Virus record (IMG/VR): IMGVR_UViG_3300035698_010959
Length of the DNA: 64,000 bases
Direction: 5' to 3' (one strand)
From: a virus
Shown here: piece by piece, positions 10,077 through 20,900 of the stretch
Position numbering within the stretch: the stretch's first letter is position 1
How the letters are laid out: each line of letters begins with the position of its first letter
Notes under the pieces: model-generated
Told to the model about the DNA's origin: nothing
What the model saw: only the letters and a program-made list of their open reading frames with translations
Database searches by the model: none
Program-made: the position numbers and the translations under genes

Positions 10077-13000
10077 TTAATTATATTTTGGAGATGCTAT
10101 CCAAGAAACCCTATTGAATACGCTGCTAAGATTTCTGCTTGTACTTACACGTCCTTCAGATAATTCATTTAATTTCCATTGTCCTTGTTGATTTTTATAA
10201 ATCATAGCAAAGTGTTGATCTGATTGGCCTTTGTTAAGACAAATAATCATTCCTGATTCTAGTGCTCTATCGAAGCCTTTTACTGAAGATGGTTTGTTAA
10301 CTTTAGTTCCGTATGTAGAATCATTCCATGGTGTACTTACATGAGATGTATTTTGTCCAAGTGGTTTATTATCGTATGGGCCTTTCCATCCGTATAAGTG
10401 CATTAGATCTGTAACATATCTACCACACCATCGTTCTCCTCCTGTATAAGGCTCTTGTGGTAAAGGATTTCCAAATGATGCTGGAGAGTCTACTATTGTT
10501 CCTACTCTTTCTGATCCTAAGAATGATGCTGGAGTTTGTATTGGGCCGAGGTCTGTTGTTTCAAGTGCTTGTGACGTATCGTAATGTAGTGGTTTTACTC
10601 CTATTACGTTATTGATTAGTGCCCCAAGTCCATAAATATAATCTGAAAAGGATCCTCCACTACCTCCAATGAATGCTGCATAGTCGTTGCCTGCTTTGCC
10701 CATGAATCCTAGATTGTGTTTAGCTTGGTAATCCCAATTTGTAAGTGCTGAAAGAATACCGTCCCATACTCCAATCTCATCTCCCAGTACTGAACCCGCG
10801 TGTCCATTTATACCAGCTGTAAATGGCTTTCCATTTATAAGAAGTGGTCTTAGAATTAATGCTTGTCTTGCTGCGTGCCCTCTATTAAGCCATTCAACAA
10901 TTCCACCTGCCAGTATAATCCATACTCCATTTTTTATTGCTTTTACTATACTTGCGGATGCTGTTGGTAGCTTTATTCGTTTTCCTGCTGTTGCAAATGC
11001 TTTTGGATTTGCTTTAATTTTTGTGAAAGCTGCTTTTATTCCTGACGCTTTTGCTTCTTTTCCTACGCTTTTACATGTTTCTATAAATCCTACAGAGTCA
11101 TGCCATGTTTTAAATTTTGTCCACGATGTTCCCAGATAGGCTTTTGCTTTTATTATGTGTTTATTTGTTGCAAGATCTTTTATTCGTCGTGGTCCATATT
11201 TTTCTAAGCCTTTATCTACTGCTTTTATTATTTCTGAGTCTCCAGCAGTCATTCGTTTTATCATTTCTTCATAGCCAATTCCTTTCCACTCTTTTAAAGT
11301 TTTTATTGGAGATAGTAATGTATCTAATAATATGTTTCTTGCTGATATTGCTACTGGATTTGAGGATTGTCTTCCTAATTTTAGTATTGCTGAAAGAAGT
11401 ATATTACCTACAAATCTTAGTGTTCCTGTTTTTATTAGTATAGAAGCAACTTGTTGCATTGCTATAGCACTTACATATCTTGATCCCATCATTTGTATCC
11501 ATGCCCATGATGTTTGATCTGCTTGATCAATTGCTGATAGTACTAAATCAGGGGATACTGTTGTAATAAATCCAGATTCATAACTGAAGTGTTGTGTTAC
11601 TTCTTTTACGTCTATGAGGCCATACATATCTATTTGATCATCTGCTAAATATGCTCTATCATAGGGCTTTATACTTGGATCTCCTAATATAACTAAATGC
11701 CCTTGATACATATCTTTTACAGAATCCATTAGTATGCTTACTGCTGCGTTGTTAGTAGATTTTCTTGTATAGTACCCAGTTAGTAAATGGAAGTTAAGTG
11801 GAAGTATATCTTGAGCGTTTTGTGCTGTTGTAGCATATAGTCCTGATGATGTGTATAATATTTTCTGATGTTCTGGATAGATATCTGTGTCTAAGTACAT
11901 CATATTAGACCAACTCGGTGAGTTATCTTTAGCTATTGTACCATTGAATTTTGACATTGCTTGGCAGATGGTATGTATTTTATCTGAACTTTTTATTTTG
12001 TTATCTATTAGATTACAGATAGATGAAATTACACGTACTTGTCTAAATGGTTTTTGTAAAGTTACATCATCAGGTTTCCAGTTTTCAGGATAAGCCACTT
12101 CTCCTTTTCCATATTGTACTTCTTCTCGTTTTGCTTTTGCTAGATATTCTGCTGTGTATTCATAGTGTAGAACCCAGTGCGGTTTTCCATAAAATAATGT
12201 ACTTCTTAGTTCAAATGGATATACGGCACATATGTATTCTGGAGCTATGTCTGTACATGTTTTTATAACTTTCCATGGAGTTGCGTCTGTTATAGATAAT
12301 CCTATTTTTGTATCACTTCCATCAATACCGTCAAGCAATCCAAGTATGTTATAATAAGATTCACCAGCAGATGATTCTGCGTACATCCTATCTTCCAGTA
12401 ATCCTTTTTTGTCTGCTCTATATGTATTCATTCCAACCTCTGCTTCTGACTTAAATAATGTAGAACGTGTTGGTGACCCAAAGTGTGCTATACCATATGG
12501 ATTATCTTGTTTAAATTTAAAGCTTTCTTTTAACCAATCATAAGGTCTGGTTGGAGTCATTACTTTCATAATTAATTCACGAGGTTGTACTCCTTGGCCA
12601 AGCCAAGTATATGATTTGTATTCTATACCTCCTTCTTCTTTTACTAGGTTTGGGTCTTTTTGTATTAGTTGTTTATCTAACTCTATACCATCTGATAGCG
12701 CTACGACTGTAACAGCTTCATCTCCTGGAGGTACTTCTGATATTACCCCATTAAATACAACAGGAAGCTTGTTCGCATTTCCTCCCGAACCCATACGAAT
12801 ATGAACCCGTGTTCCAGCCTTTAGTAACATTGAATTTACGTGTTTAGACCATTCTAAAAATACGTCATCTCCTGTATTATGTAGTAATGAGTCCACTGTG
12901 CCTTGTGTTATACTTTGTATTCCCCATTTTACAGTTGGTATTACAGGATCTTCTGTACTTAGCTTTGTTAAATGATGGAACATATTTGAGAATGTTATTA

Positions 13001-16000
13001 GTGCTGTATCTACTGGGCCTTTTCTTGTTTTGTGTATTTCTATTGATTGTATTGCTGTCATTCCATACCAGTGATCATATAATCTATGGAATCGAAGCCA
13101 ACGTCCTCCATCTACTAACAATACACAATATGTTGGAAAGGCAGTTAGTAATCTATTAGCCGGAGTATAGTTTCTCATATCATAGAACATGTCTTGTTTA
13201 TCTTCTCGTATAAAAGAGTCCATGAATGTTCTAATATTCTGAGGTGTTGATTTATCCACATAAAGTTCAGTTACTAATTCTTTATTAAGGTTTTGTAATC
13301 TTTCACGTAATGGTGTTTTCTCTACTTCAGCTCTTACTCCCTCTTCCCAACTACGATATTCTTCTCTACTTTCTTTTGCGTTACCTATCCATCTTTGAAG
13401 CCAGGTTAGTTTGCTATTATCTTTAGATTCTACTGTTGTTGTTTTCTTTACTGGTTCTTTAGATGGATCGTATGCTGCCATACCCGCTATTGTATTTTTA
13501 TATTGTTGAGATACACCTGCTAGTTTACTTATTGTTACTGGCTTTGTGTTACCGTCATTAACTAGTTTTCTTATCTTTCCTGGCCCTGCGTTGTAGGCTG
13601 ATAGAGCTATTAGCCATTTGCTATAATCATTTTTAGCGATTTGTAGTTTTCCTATATTAGGTATTTGATTATAACAGTGTTCTAAATAAAGCATACTAGC
13701 TCGTATTGCGAATTCATGATCTATTGCTCTTATATCTGTAGAGGAGCCATTACATTTGGTATACTCTTCTTTAGTTATGAGTTTTTTATTATATAGTTCT
13801 TGTATGGCTGTACTTTTTCTTAGCTGTCCTAACCCTATTGAATCATGGTCTTTTGTGTAGCTACTATAACCCTCTAGTGTAAACATATTTATAGCAATTA
13901 TTTCAGGTACACTTGTTATTCCAGTTTCTTCTTTAGAATACTTTTGTATAAGTTGTAATATTCTAAGTCCTGTTGAATTTGAATATTCTGCTAATGGATC
14001 ATAGGTTGGAGTTAGTCCTGGTATTGGTGACGATTGGCTGTTAGAGTTAGCAATACCTGGCTTTACAGTTTTTACTTTGTTTAATAGTTTTGTGCGCGCT
14101 TTATATAACTCTGAATCGCTAGTTAGTATAGATGGGCCTGCGCTTGATGTTGTGTCTTGGTTCATGCTGTTCATGATACCAGCATATGCTTTGAATGTTG
14201 CTAATGTAGCTGGATCGTTGCTTACATCTATTTTGCCATTAAATGGTATTGTTGCTTTATCATTGTAGTTACTTCTTACACCACAGGTTGCTACTTTTGA
14301 ATTTACTGATGGATCTTGTACTATTCCTAATAAACTATCTAGTACTGGGTCTACTAAAGGATTGACTATTCCTGGTGGACAAGAAGGACGTACATAAAAG
14401 TCTGGGTCTACATAGGCAGATATATTTGTTGGAGTTTCTAATACACTACATATTTCTGGTGTCCAAGGGAAATCTTCATCTGATATTGCCCATCTATATT
14501 TGCTACTTTCTACTAGTGATCCGGCCTTACAGTCTGTAACCCATTTTTGTAGTTTAGAATATGTTGGCAAATTCATATCAGGATATAGCTGTAATGATCT
14601 TAGCTTTGAATGAAAATGTTCTGCTCTAATCATATGCTCTTTGTATGAGTCTGTAGGTGTTTCTAGTTTAGATTTTTCTACGTTTCTAATATCTTTTATA
14701 TACCAGTTTGGGTCATCTAGCGCTTCAAGATCTTCTCGTGATTGTGACATTGGATCAAAATCTATACAAGAAAACTCTATTTTAAATGTTCCTGGAAATC
14801 CCTGGTCTGTTATGATATTAAGATTTACTGGAAGTACTGTTGTAACACCAGCAAGGGCTAATAACTCATTTGCTATATATAGATATCCTTCATAGGAGTC
14901 TCCTATGTCATCTCCCCTACATGTTTTTACTAAATAGTCTACTCGTTCTGTTAATTCTTTTAATGATTTAATATCTGCTTCATTTGTTATTGTTCCGGCT
15001 ATTGTTATGTAGGTATCACTAGCTCCCATAAACTGTTGAACAGGGGCATTTTTTGGAGAGGCTTGTAATTGTGCGTTTGTTACAATATTTTCCATACCTA
15101 TAGTAACGTTCTCTACTATAAGACTATCTAACTCTATGCGTTCCCATTTCTTTTCAAGTACTTCTGGTATTACTTTTTTCTGTTTAGTACTTCGTCCAGC
15201 AGCATTTGATAGTGATCTTCTTAATGGATGTGTGTCTTTTGGTGAGCTTGCGTTTAGTCCAGACTTTGTATATAAGAAATAGCAGTTATCTAAATCATTA
15301 AGAACTGCCTGCCCTTTTGCCCGTGCTGTGGCGTTTCCTACTGTACTTCTAGCTTCTCTAAGGCTATCTCTTCTTTTATCTCTTCCTTCTCCATCTGTAA
15401 TATCTTCTGAGGTTATTTCTGTAAGATAATTACCGTTGCTATCTGTATTAGGTAATGTATGTAGGCGTAATCCACCAGGAGCATAGTATACTTTTTCTGC
15501 TGTTTGAAATGCTTTTATGGCAGTATCTGGATGTGTAAATTTTAGTATTATAGCATTCTCTGTTCCTGTGCTATTTGCTCTAACTGTGTTTGTACTATCA
15601 GATGAAGACGATCTCCATTCGGCGGATGCTTTGTTATTTGATGGATTAGATTCTACTTTTACTGTTCCTGGCGCTAGTTTTATAAATAACAATGAGCCTG
15701 TAAATTTACCATTACAATTTAATAGATCCTCTGCTTGATATGACCATTTTTTCTGTAACCCATCTCCTTTATATATTCCAAAGGTATCATATAGTTCTGG
15801 CTTTATATTGTCTATCCAGTCTATTGCGTTAGCTACTATTTGTGTATCTTTTTCTAACGTGGTAACCATTAAATCTTCTGACATTAGTTGTCTATTGGAT
15901 GCCATTGCTATAAGATAATCTTCATTTGGTATGTTAAATGCCATATTTCCATTTAATACTGGTCCAAGTGGTTGTGTTTTTGTAGATGTCTCACACCAAA

Positions 16001-17180
16001 TTTTATAAATTGGATAACATATTGTAGAATCAAAATCAGATTCTAAAGGAAGATAAGCAGACCAGTTAAATTCTGATGCTTGTATTACAACATCAAATGC
16101 TCCTGGAAATCCAGGTACTGTACTTATTTGTAATGCCTCTAGTGATAGAGCATCTATATCTAGTGTATCATTAAGATATGAGTTTATAACTGGTACAAAA
16201 GGAGTATGCTCAAATTGACGTATAAGAGGTAACAGTACATTGTTTGTTGCCGTTATATCTGGAATATGTATATGTATTTGTAATTCTTTTTGGGCTTTTC
16301 CTGTACCTCTTTTTAGACTACCTCTACTACGTAGTAAAGGCATTAACTCTATGTGTTGGTTTCTATTAAGAAGTATTTTTTCTGGAGGCAAGTGAAACGC
16401 AGTATAACCTATTCTAAAGTATCCTGTTTCACTGAGGTAACTGTACTCTAGATTTGATGGTATATATGGTATAGGAACTGGAACCCAATCAGGTTCTTTT
16501 TCAAAAATTGTAGGATCATATGGTTTTGCTTTAGTTAATGTTTTTTCTAACTTAGAAGCTCCCTCTTTTGAGTCTTTAAGCGTCTCCAACATATCCATTT
16601 CCCATGAGTAAGGTCCGTATTTATCTGGCATATCTTCTATTTTTTCTTTGAGACTATCTATTATTTTCTGTTGGCTTTTGTATGCATTTGGGTATCCAAA
16701 AGAAGACGGATTTAGCGGTTCTTTTTTTACTATAGCAATAATCTCACTTGCATTTGTTTTTGCGTTGTCATACTTTTTAATATTTTTTGAGGTATTGGAA
16801 TATGTTGTAAGACTTTCTTTTAATCCATCATTTGAGGACATTAAATACTGTAAAGAGTCTTTGTCTACTGTGTTAATAGAAAGTATTCTTACTCCATTAT
16901 ATGTATTTGTATATGAATAGTTGCCAGAAACTAGACGTGCGTTATCGTGTATACTTATTACTGCTGTATCATAATCGTTAATAGTTATTAATGGATCCGA
17001 TCCAATATCAATAAGTAATGAATCTTCAGTATTTATATTTAGGGTAGAGTCTTGTGTTGGAACCATTGGATAGATATGAACACGTCCATGAATGTTATCT
17101 TTTGATACCTTAGCAAGGAATACACTTGTATCTCCAACTCGCGTTGCTCCAAATAATTCTTTTAGTCTTTCTTTTGTCAT
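10077..17180 (-). CDS. Giant baseplate hub / tail lysin with SLT-like transglycosylase and C-terminal CHAP/NlpC-like domain
   Basis: Hub motifs GTRVHIRMG.G....LPVVFNGVISEV and YQGHLVILGDPSIKPYD. SLT motifs FTLEG...SIGLGQL...ALSAYNAGPG (about 13500-13970). C-terminal WCGRYV...HFAMI...LNE. Confidence 0.8.
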   Translation of the reverse strand: MTKERLKELFGATRVGDTSVFLAKVSKDNIHGRVHIYPMVPTQDSTLNINTEDSLLIDIGSDPLITINDYDTAVISIHDNARLVSGNYSYTNTYNGVRILSINTVDKDSLQYLMSSNDGLKESLTTYSNTSKNIKKYDNAKTNASEIIAIVKKEPLNPSSFGYPNAYKSQQKIIDSLKEKIEDMPDKYGPYSWEMDMLETLKDSKEGASKLEKTLTKAKPYDPTIFEKEPDWVPVPIPYIPSNLEYSYLSETGYFRIGYTAFHLPPEKILLNRNQHIELMPLLRSRGSLKRGTGKAQKELQIHIHIPDITATNNVLLPLIRQFEHTPFVPVINSYLNDTLDIDALSLEALQISTVPGFPGAFDVVIQASEFNWSAYLPLESDFDSTICYPIYKIWCETSTKTQPLGPVLNGNMAFNIPNEDYLIAMASNRQLMSEDLMVTTLEKDTQIVANAIDWIDNIKPELYDTFGIYKGDGLQKKWSYQAEDLLNCNGKFTGSLLFIKLAPGTVKVESNPSNNKASAEWRSSSSDSTNTVRANSTGTENAIILKFTHPDTAIKAFQTAEKVYYAPGGLRLHTLPNTDSNGNYLTEITSEDITDGEGRDKRRDSLREARSTVGNATARAKGQAVLNDLDNCYFLYTKSGLNASSPKDTHPLRRSLSNAAGRSTKQKKVIPEVLEKKWERIELDSLIVENVTIGMENIVTNAQLQASPKNAPVQQFMGASDTYITIAGTITNEADIKSLKELTERVDYLVKTCRGDDIGDSYEGYLYIANELLALAGVTTVLPVNLNIITDQGFPGTFKIEFSCIDFDPMSQSREDLEALDDPNWYIKDIRNVEKSKLETPTDSYKEHMIRAEHFHSKLRSLQLYPDMNLPTYSKLQKWVTDCKAGSLVESSKYRWAISDEDFPWTPEICSVLETPTNISAYVDPDFYVRPSCPPGIVNPLVDPVLDSLLGIVQDPSVNSKVATCGVRSNYNDKATIPFNGKIDVSNDPATLATFKAYAGIMNSMNQDTTSSAGPSILTSDSELYKARTKLLNKVKTVKPGIANSNSQSSPIPGLTPTYDPLAEYSNSTGLRILQLIQKYSKEETGITSVPEIIAINMFTLEGYSSYTKDHDSIGLGQLRKSTAIQELYNKKLITKEEYTKCNGSSTDIRAIDHEFAIRASMLYLEHCYNQIPNIGKLQIAKNDYSKWLIALSAYNAGPGKIRKLVNDGNTKPVTISKLAGVSQQYKNTIAGMAAYDPSKEPVKKTTTVESKDNSKLTWLQRWIGNAKESREEYRSWEEGVRAEVEKTPLRERLQNLNKELVTELYVDKSTPQNIRTFMDSFIREDKQDMFYDMRNYTPANRLLTAFPTYCVLLVDGGRWLRFHRLYDHWYGMTAIQSIEIHKTRKGPVDTALITFSNMFHHLTKLSTEDPVIPTVKWGIQSITQGTVDSLLHNTGDDVFLEWSKHVNSMLLKAGTRVHIRMGSGGNANKLPVVFNGVISEVPPGDEAVTVVALSDGIELDKQLIQKDPNLVKEEGGIEYKSYTWLGQGVQPRELIMKVMTPTRPYDWLKESFKFKQDNPYGIAHFGSPTRSTLFKSEAEVGMNTYRADKKGLLEDRMYAESSAGESYYNILGLLDGIDGSDTKIGLSITDATPWKVIKTCTDIAPEYICAVYPFELRSTLFYGKPHWVLHYEYTAEYLAKAKREEVQYGKGEVAYPENWKPDDVTLQKPFRQVRVISSICNLIDNKIKSSDKIHTICQAMSKFNGTIAKDNSPSWSNMMYLDTDIYPEHQKILYTSSGLYATTAQNAQDILPLNFHLLTGYYTRKSTNNAAVSILMDSVKDMYQGHLVILGDPSIKPYDRAYLADDQIDMYGLIDVKEVTQHFSYESGFITTVSPDLVLSAIDQADQTSWAWIQMMGSRYVSAIAMQQVASILIKTGTLRFVGNILLSAILKLGRQSSNPVAISARNILLDTLLSPIKTLKEWKGIGYEEMIKRMTAGDSEIIKAVDKGLEKYGPRRIKDLATNKHIIKAKAYLGTSWTKFKTWHDSVGFIETCKSVGKEAKASGIKAAFTKIKANPKAFATAGKRIKLPTASASIVKAIKNGVWIILAGGIVEWLNRGHAARQALILRPLLINGKPFTAGINGHAGSVLGDEIGVWDGILSALTNWDYQAKHNLGFMGKAGNDYAAFIGGSGGSFSDYIYGLGALINNVIGVKPLHYDTSQALETTDLGPIQTPASFLGSERVGTIVDSPASFGNPLPQEPYTGGERWCGRYVTDLMHLYGWKGPYDNKPLGQNTSHVSTPWNDSTYGTKVNKPSSVKGFDRALESGMIICLNKGQSDQHFAMIYKNQQGQWKLNELSEGRVSTSRNLSSVFNRVSWIASPKYN

Positions 17181-17184
17181 ACAC

Positions 17185-17940
17185 TTATGCCGCCGTTCCT
17201 CTTGTTATATAATTAGAATACATTTCATCTACTCTATTCATATCTATTGGATTATCTTTATAATTTAATATTGCTGTTGCTATTGGGTTAGATATTGGTG
17301 GGGATTCATCTGTGCTAAGTTCGTTTCTTGATTCTGTACTTTTAAAGGAGGATATTAAGTTACTGTGGTTGTCTATTGACTTACCTACTGTTTTAAGTCC
17401 AGCATTTAATAGCACCCATAATGGTATTGCCAAGAGAGGAGATGCTATTGTTCTTCCTGTGAGTCTTACTCTTGACATTACATCTTTCTGTATTTTTTCA
17501 CTTGAGTTAAGTAAACTACCTATTGACTTCCATTCTTTTCCTTTGGATGCCATTGTTGTTGTATCAGATGCTTTATCACCAAGATATTCATATATCTTAC
17601 CCATTAGCGGTCTGAGCTTTCCTTGCTCTGTTATTGCTCTTGTAACAATGCGTGCTGCTGTTAGGTCTGCTATTGGGTCTGCTAGAGCAAAAGCTACTCC
17701 ACCTAGTTTATTTTCCCAGTTATCTTCTAGTAGTAATGAGGCAGCACCAGCTGTTCCTGCTGCTAAATATCTAGCACCAAGTAAACTTCCTGCTCCTCTT
17801 GAGTATAGTCCTTTTAAACCAGGCATGTGACTAGTTGCTACTGTACCTTCTAAGGCTCCAGCAGCAAGTGTAGCCATACCTACTCCAAAATATACTTTTG
17901 GGGCTATATTATTATCTTCTGTGGGTCTTGTGTTTTCCAT
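17185..17940 (-). CDS. Hypothetical protein with Gly/Ala-rich hydrophobic helices (tape-measure-like fragment)
   Basis: GVGMATLAAGAL, LAAGTAGAASLL and LLAIPLWVLL segments; coupled to the hub gene (4 nt gap). Confidence 0.45.
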   Translation of the reverse strand: MENTRPTEDNNIAPKVYFGVGMATLAAGALEGTVATSHMPGLKGLYSRGAGSLLGARYLAAGTAGAASLLLEDNWENKLGGVAFALADPIADLTAARIVTRAITEQGKLRPLMGKIYEYLGDKASDTTTMASKGKEWKSIGSLLNSSEKIQKDVMSRVRLTGRTIASPLLAIPLWVLLNAGLKTVGKSIDNHSNLISSFKSTESRNELSTDESPPISNPIATAILNYKDNPIDMNRVDEMYSNYITRGTAA

Positions 17941-17968
17941 TGTGGGAATTGTTGTGGAGTGCTTGCTA

Positions 17969-20900
17969 TTATTTCTTCCAGGTGTCTGCTATTTCTTTAC
18001 TAACAGAACAAGGAACATCTTCTAAATATACGTGGGCTGCTTCAAGTAGTCGTGCTTCGCTAGCATCTACTACTGCTTGTATTTTATTTGCTGGGGCAGT
18101 TGTTACTATTTCATCGTGAACCCATAATATTATTCTACATTCATATGGATAGTCTGACATTTGTACTAAATCTTTATGTAAGTTTATTGTTGCTAACTTT
18201 ATTGTGTCGGCATTTGTACCTTGAATTGGTGCGTTGACGGCTGCTCGTTCTATAATACTTATTCGTTTAGAATATTCTTTTGGATTTTGTGTAATGTCTC
18301 CTTGTTTTGGCACATCATAATATCGTCTTCGTCCAGCCAATGTTGTTGTATACTTTAATTCTTTTGCTTGATTTTTACATCCATCAAGATAATCTTTTAT
18401 TTTTGGGTATGTTTTAAAGTAAGTAATTATAAGGTTTTGTGCGTCTTTTACTGGCATACCAGAACGTCTTGCTACTGTATCTGCTCCTGCTCCATAAGGT
18501 ATTCCAAAGGTAACAGACTTACTTGCGTTTCGTTGGTCTTTAGTTACTTTTTTTGGGTCTACTCCAAATAGAGAAGCAGCAGTAACTCTATGAAAGTCAT
18601 TTGTATATACTTGGTCTATATACTTTTTTATATCTGGATAATCAATTATGAATTTAGCAAATGCGTCTGCGTTTTCTTCTTGGTCTGGTACCTCTGTAAT
18701 GTTGTAAGATTTTAGTGCTTCTTTTAATAGTTGCTCTGCTTCATATCCATCTTTTAATATTTTGATTATTGTCTCGTCGTTAGAAGCTTTTGCTAAAACT
18801 CTTACCTCATACTGAGAAAGGTCACAATTGTGGCTAACGAAACCATTACTTATGTATGTTAGTGGTCCTGGAATATATAGATCATATACTCTATTTTGAC
18901 CAACATTTTCTATAGAAGCTATGGTATCGTAAATTTGGTTATATTCTAGTAATCTATATAGTTCCAACTCTTTATATACATTAGGATATGTAGTTTTTAG
19001 GTCTTTAGCTAGTTGTATATTTATTGGTCTTTCTAGACATATAATATTATCTAATAGTTTGTAAAGATCTCCTTTTGGATTAAGCTTCTTTAACTTTTGA
19101 GATCTACTAGGCATACTTCTTTTTTGGTGCTTTTCACCAGATCTGGAAGACAATTTTTCTAGTTCGGTTTTCTTTCGTATAGATATAAAACCAATTTTAT
19201 TTTTGTAGTCTTTTACATATGCTGCTGGAATAGATATAGACCAATAATTCTTATGTATTTTTACTGTTTGTAATCTTCGTTTTGAAACTATACCTATAGA
19301 TAGAAGAAGTAATTGCACATCTATAGCTAGTTGTTCATTTACTGTAGAAAAGCGTAATCTGCCACAAGGATGATTGGATACGGATCCATCTGATTCAAAT
19401 AATCCTCTTAGATAAGCCGCAATAGTTTCTGTGTCTGATGTCCATAGATAGTTAGGGGCATGTGTTTTTGCTCCACCAATACTTTTTAACCAAGCAACTA
19501 ATTTTGTACTGTAAAACTGTGCATCAAATACTCCTCTATAATGTAATATTTGTTTAGGTGTTTGTCCAAATAGAGATTTACATAGTTGCTGTAGGTAGGT
19601 ATTAAGGTCTGGGTCTTTATCACATACTACCCAATATGGGCCAGATTTAGAAAAATGTCCATCTCCTGTCATATATCCCATAAATTCTGCTAAATCTTTT
19701 GTTGGTTTGTTTGGTGTAGTTACGCTCTTTTCAAAAGAGTGGGTATAGATAATTTCTGGTAAGGTTTCATTGTTTGCTTGTTTTGTATCAACCAAGTTAT
19801 TTGGTTGTATTACTATTTTATCTTCTTTTGTTATATGTTGTAGTTCTTTCCAGCTATAATTTCCTTTATTGTCAAGTATCCGTATTCTATGTTGCGGAGT
19901 AGCTATCAATTCATATCCAAGCTTTGTTGTTAGTTTTAATGTGTCCTGTATTCCATTATCTATTACTGTATTTACTTTAGCAACTGTTTTAGTATCAGTT
20001 AATGTTGTGTCCCCTTTACATATCTGTTCTATAGGTATGCTTCCTCTATTTGTAGTTACCTTTGTACCTTCTTTTACGCAGATGCCTACTTTATGTCCTT
20101 GTGGAGGTACAATCATCTTACGGAATCTGTTATCTTGTGGAAGGTTTTGTGAGTTTGGACTGTTACTAGAAAATCTTCCTGTATCTGTAGCTGCTTGTTT
20201 AACGTTTGAGTGTACTCGTTTGGTTTTTCTATTGTACATAGTGTCTCCCCATTGCACTATGTAATCATATAGTTTGTTTACTTCTCTATAGTCTAGTAAT
20301 AGCTCTATACACTTATGTTCTTCTTTATAGTATGTTAATACCTTTTCATCTGTGCTATCTGCTGGAATTCCTTTATCTCTAAGTGCTGATAATAATTGTT
20401 TTGGGGAATCAACATTTAATTGAGAGCGTGTACAGTTCATCTCTTTTAGAAAATTTGTTTCTCTTGCTCTCATCTCTTGTTCAAGCTCTTCTTTTAACTT
20501 GGCAATGTGATCCAGGTCTACGTGTATTCCTAGATACTTGTGTTCACCCAATATTGGAATTAACGGTTTTTCTAATGTTTCCCATATATGCCATAGGTTT
20601 TCTGTCTCTAATTGTTTTGTAAGCAGTTCTTGTAATAGTAATAAACTACAAGTATCTCCAGCCGCATATGCTATTTGTTTGTTTAACATTGGAGATTTTT
20701 TATGTAGAGTTTGAAACAGTGTTTGGCACTCTTTATCTAAGTGTAGTCCTAGTAACTCAAGAGTAGTTGCTTCTAATGAGGCTCTTGCCTTTAATAGTCC
20801 TGCTGTAAGGAGCTGTCTTGCTAACATTGTATCAAATTCTATGTTTGTATTTATTTTGTAGTGTGTTTTAAACCAAGGCCATTCGAAGTTAGCTCCGTGT

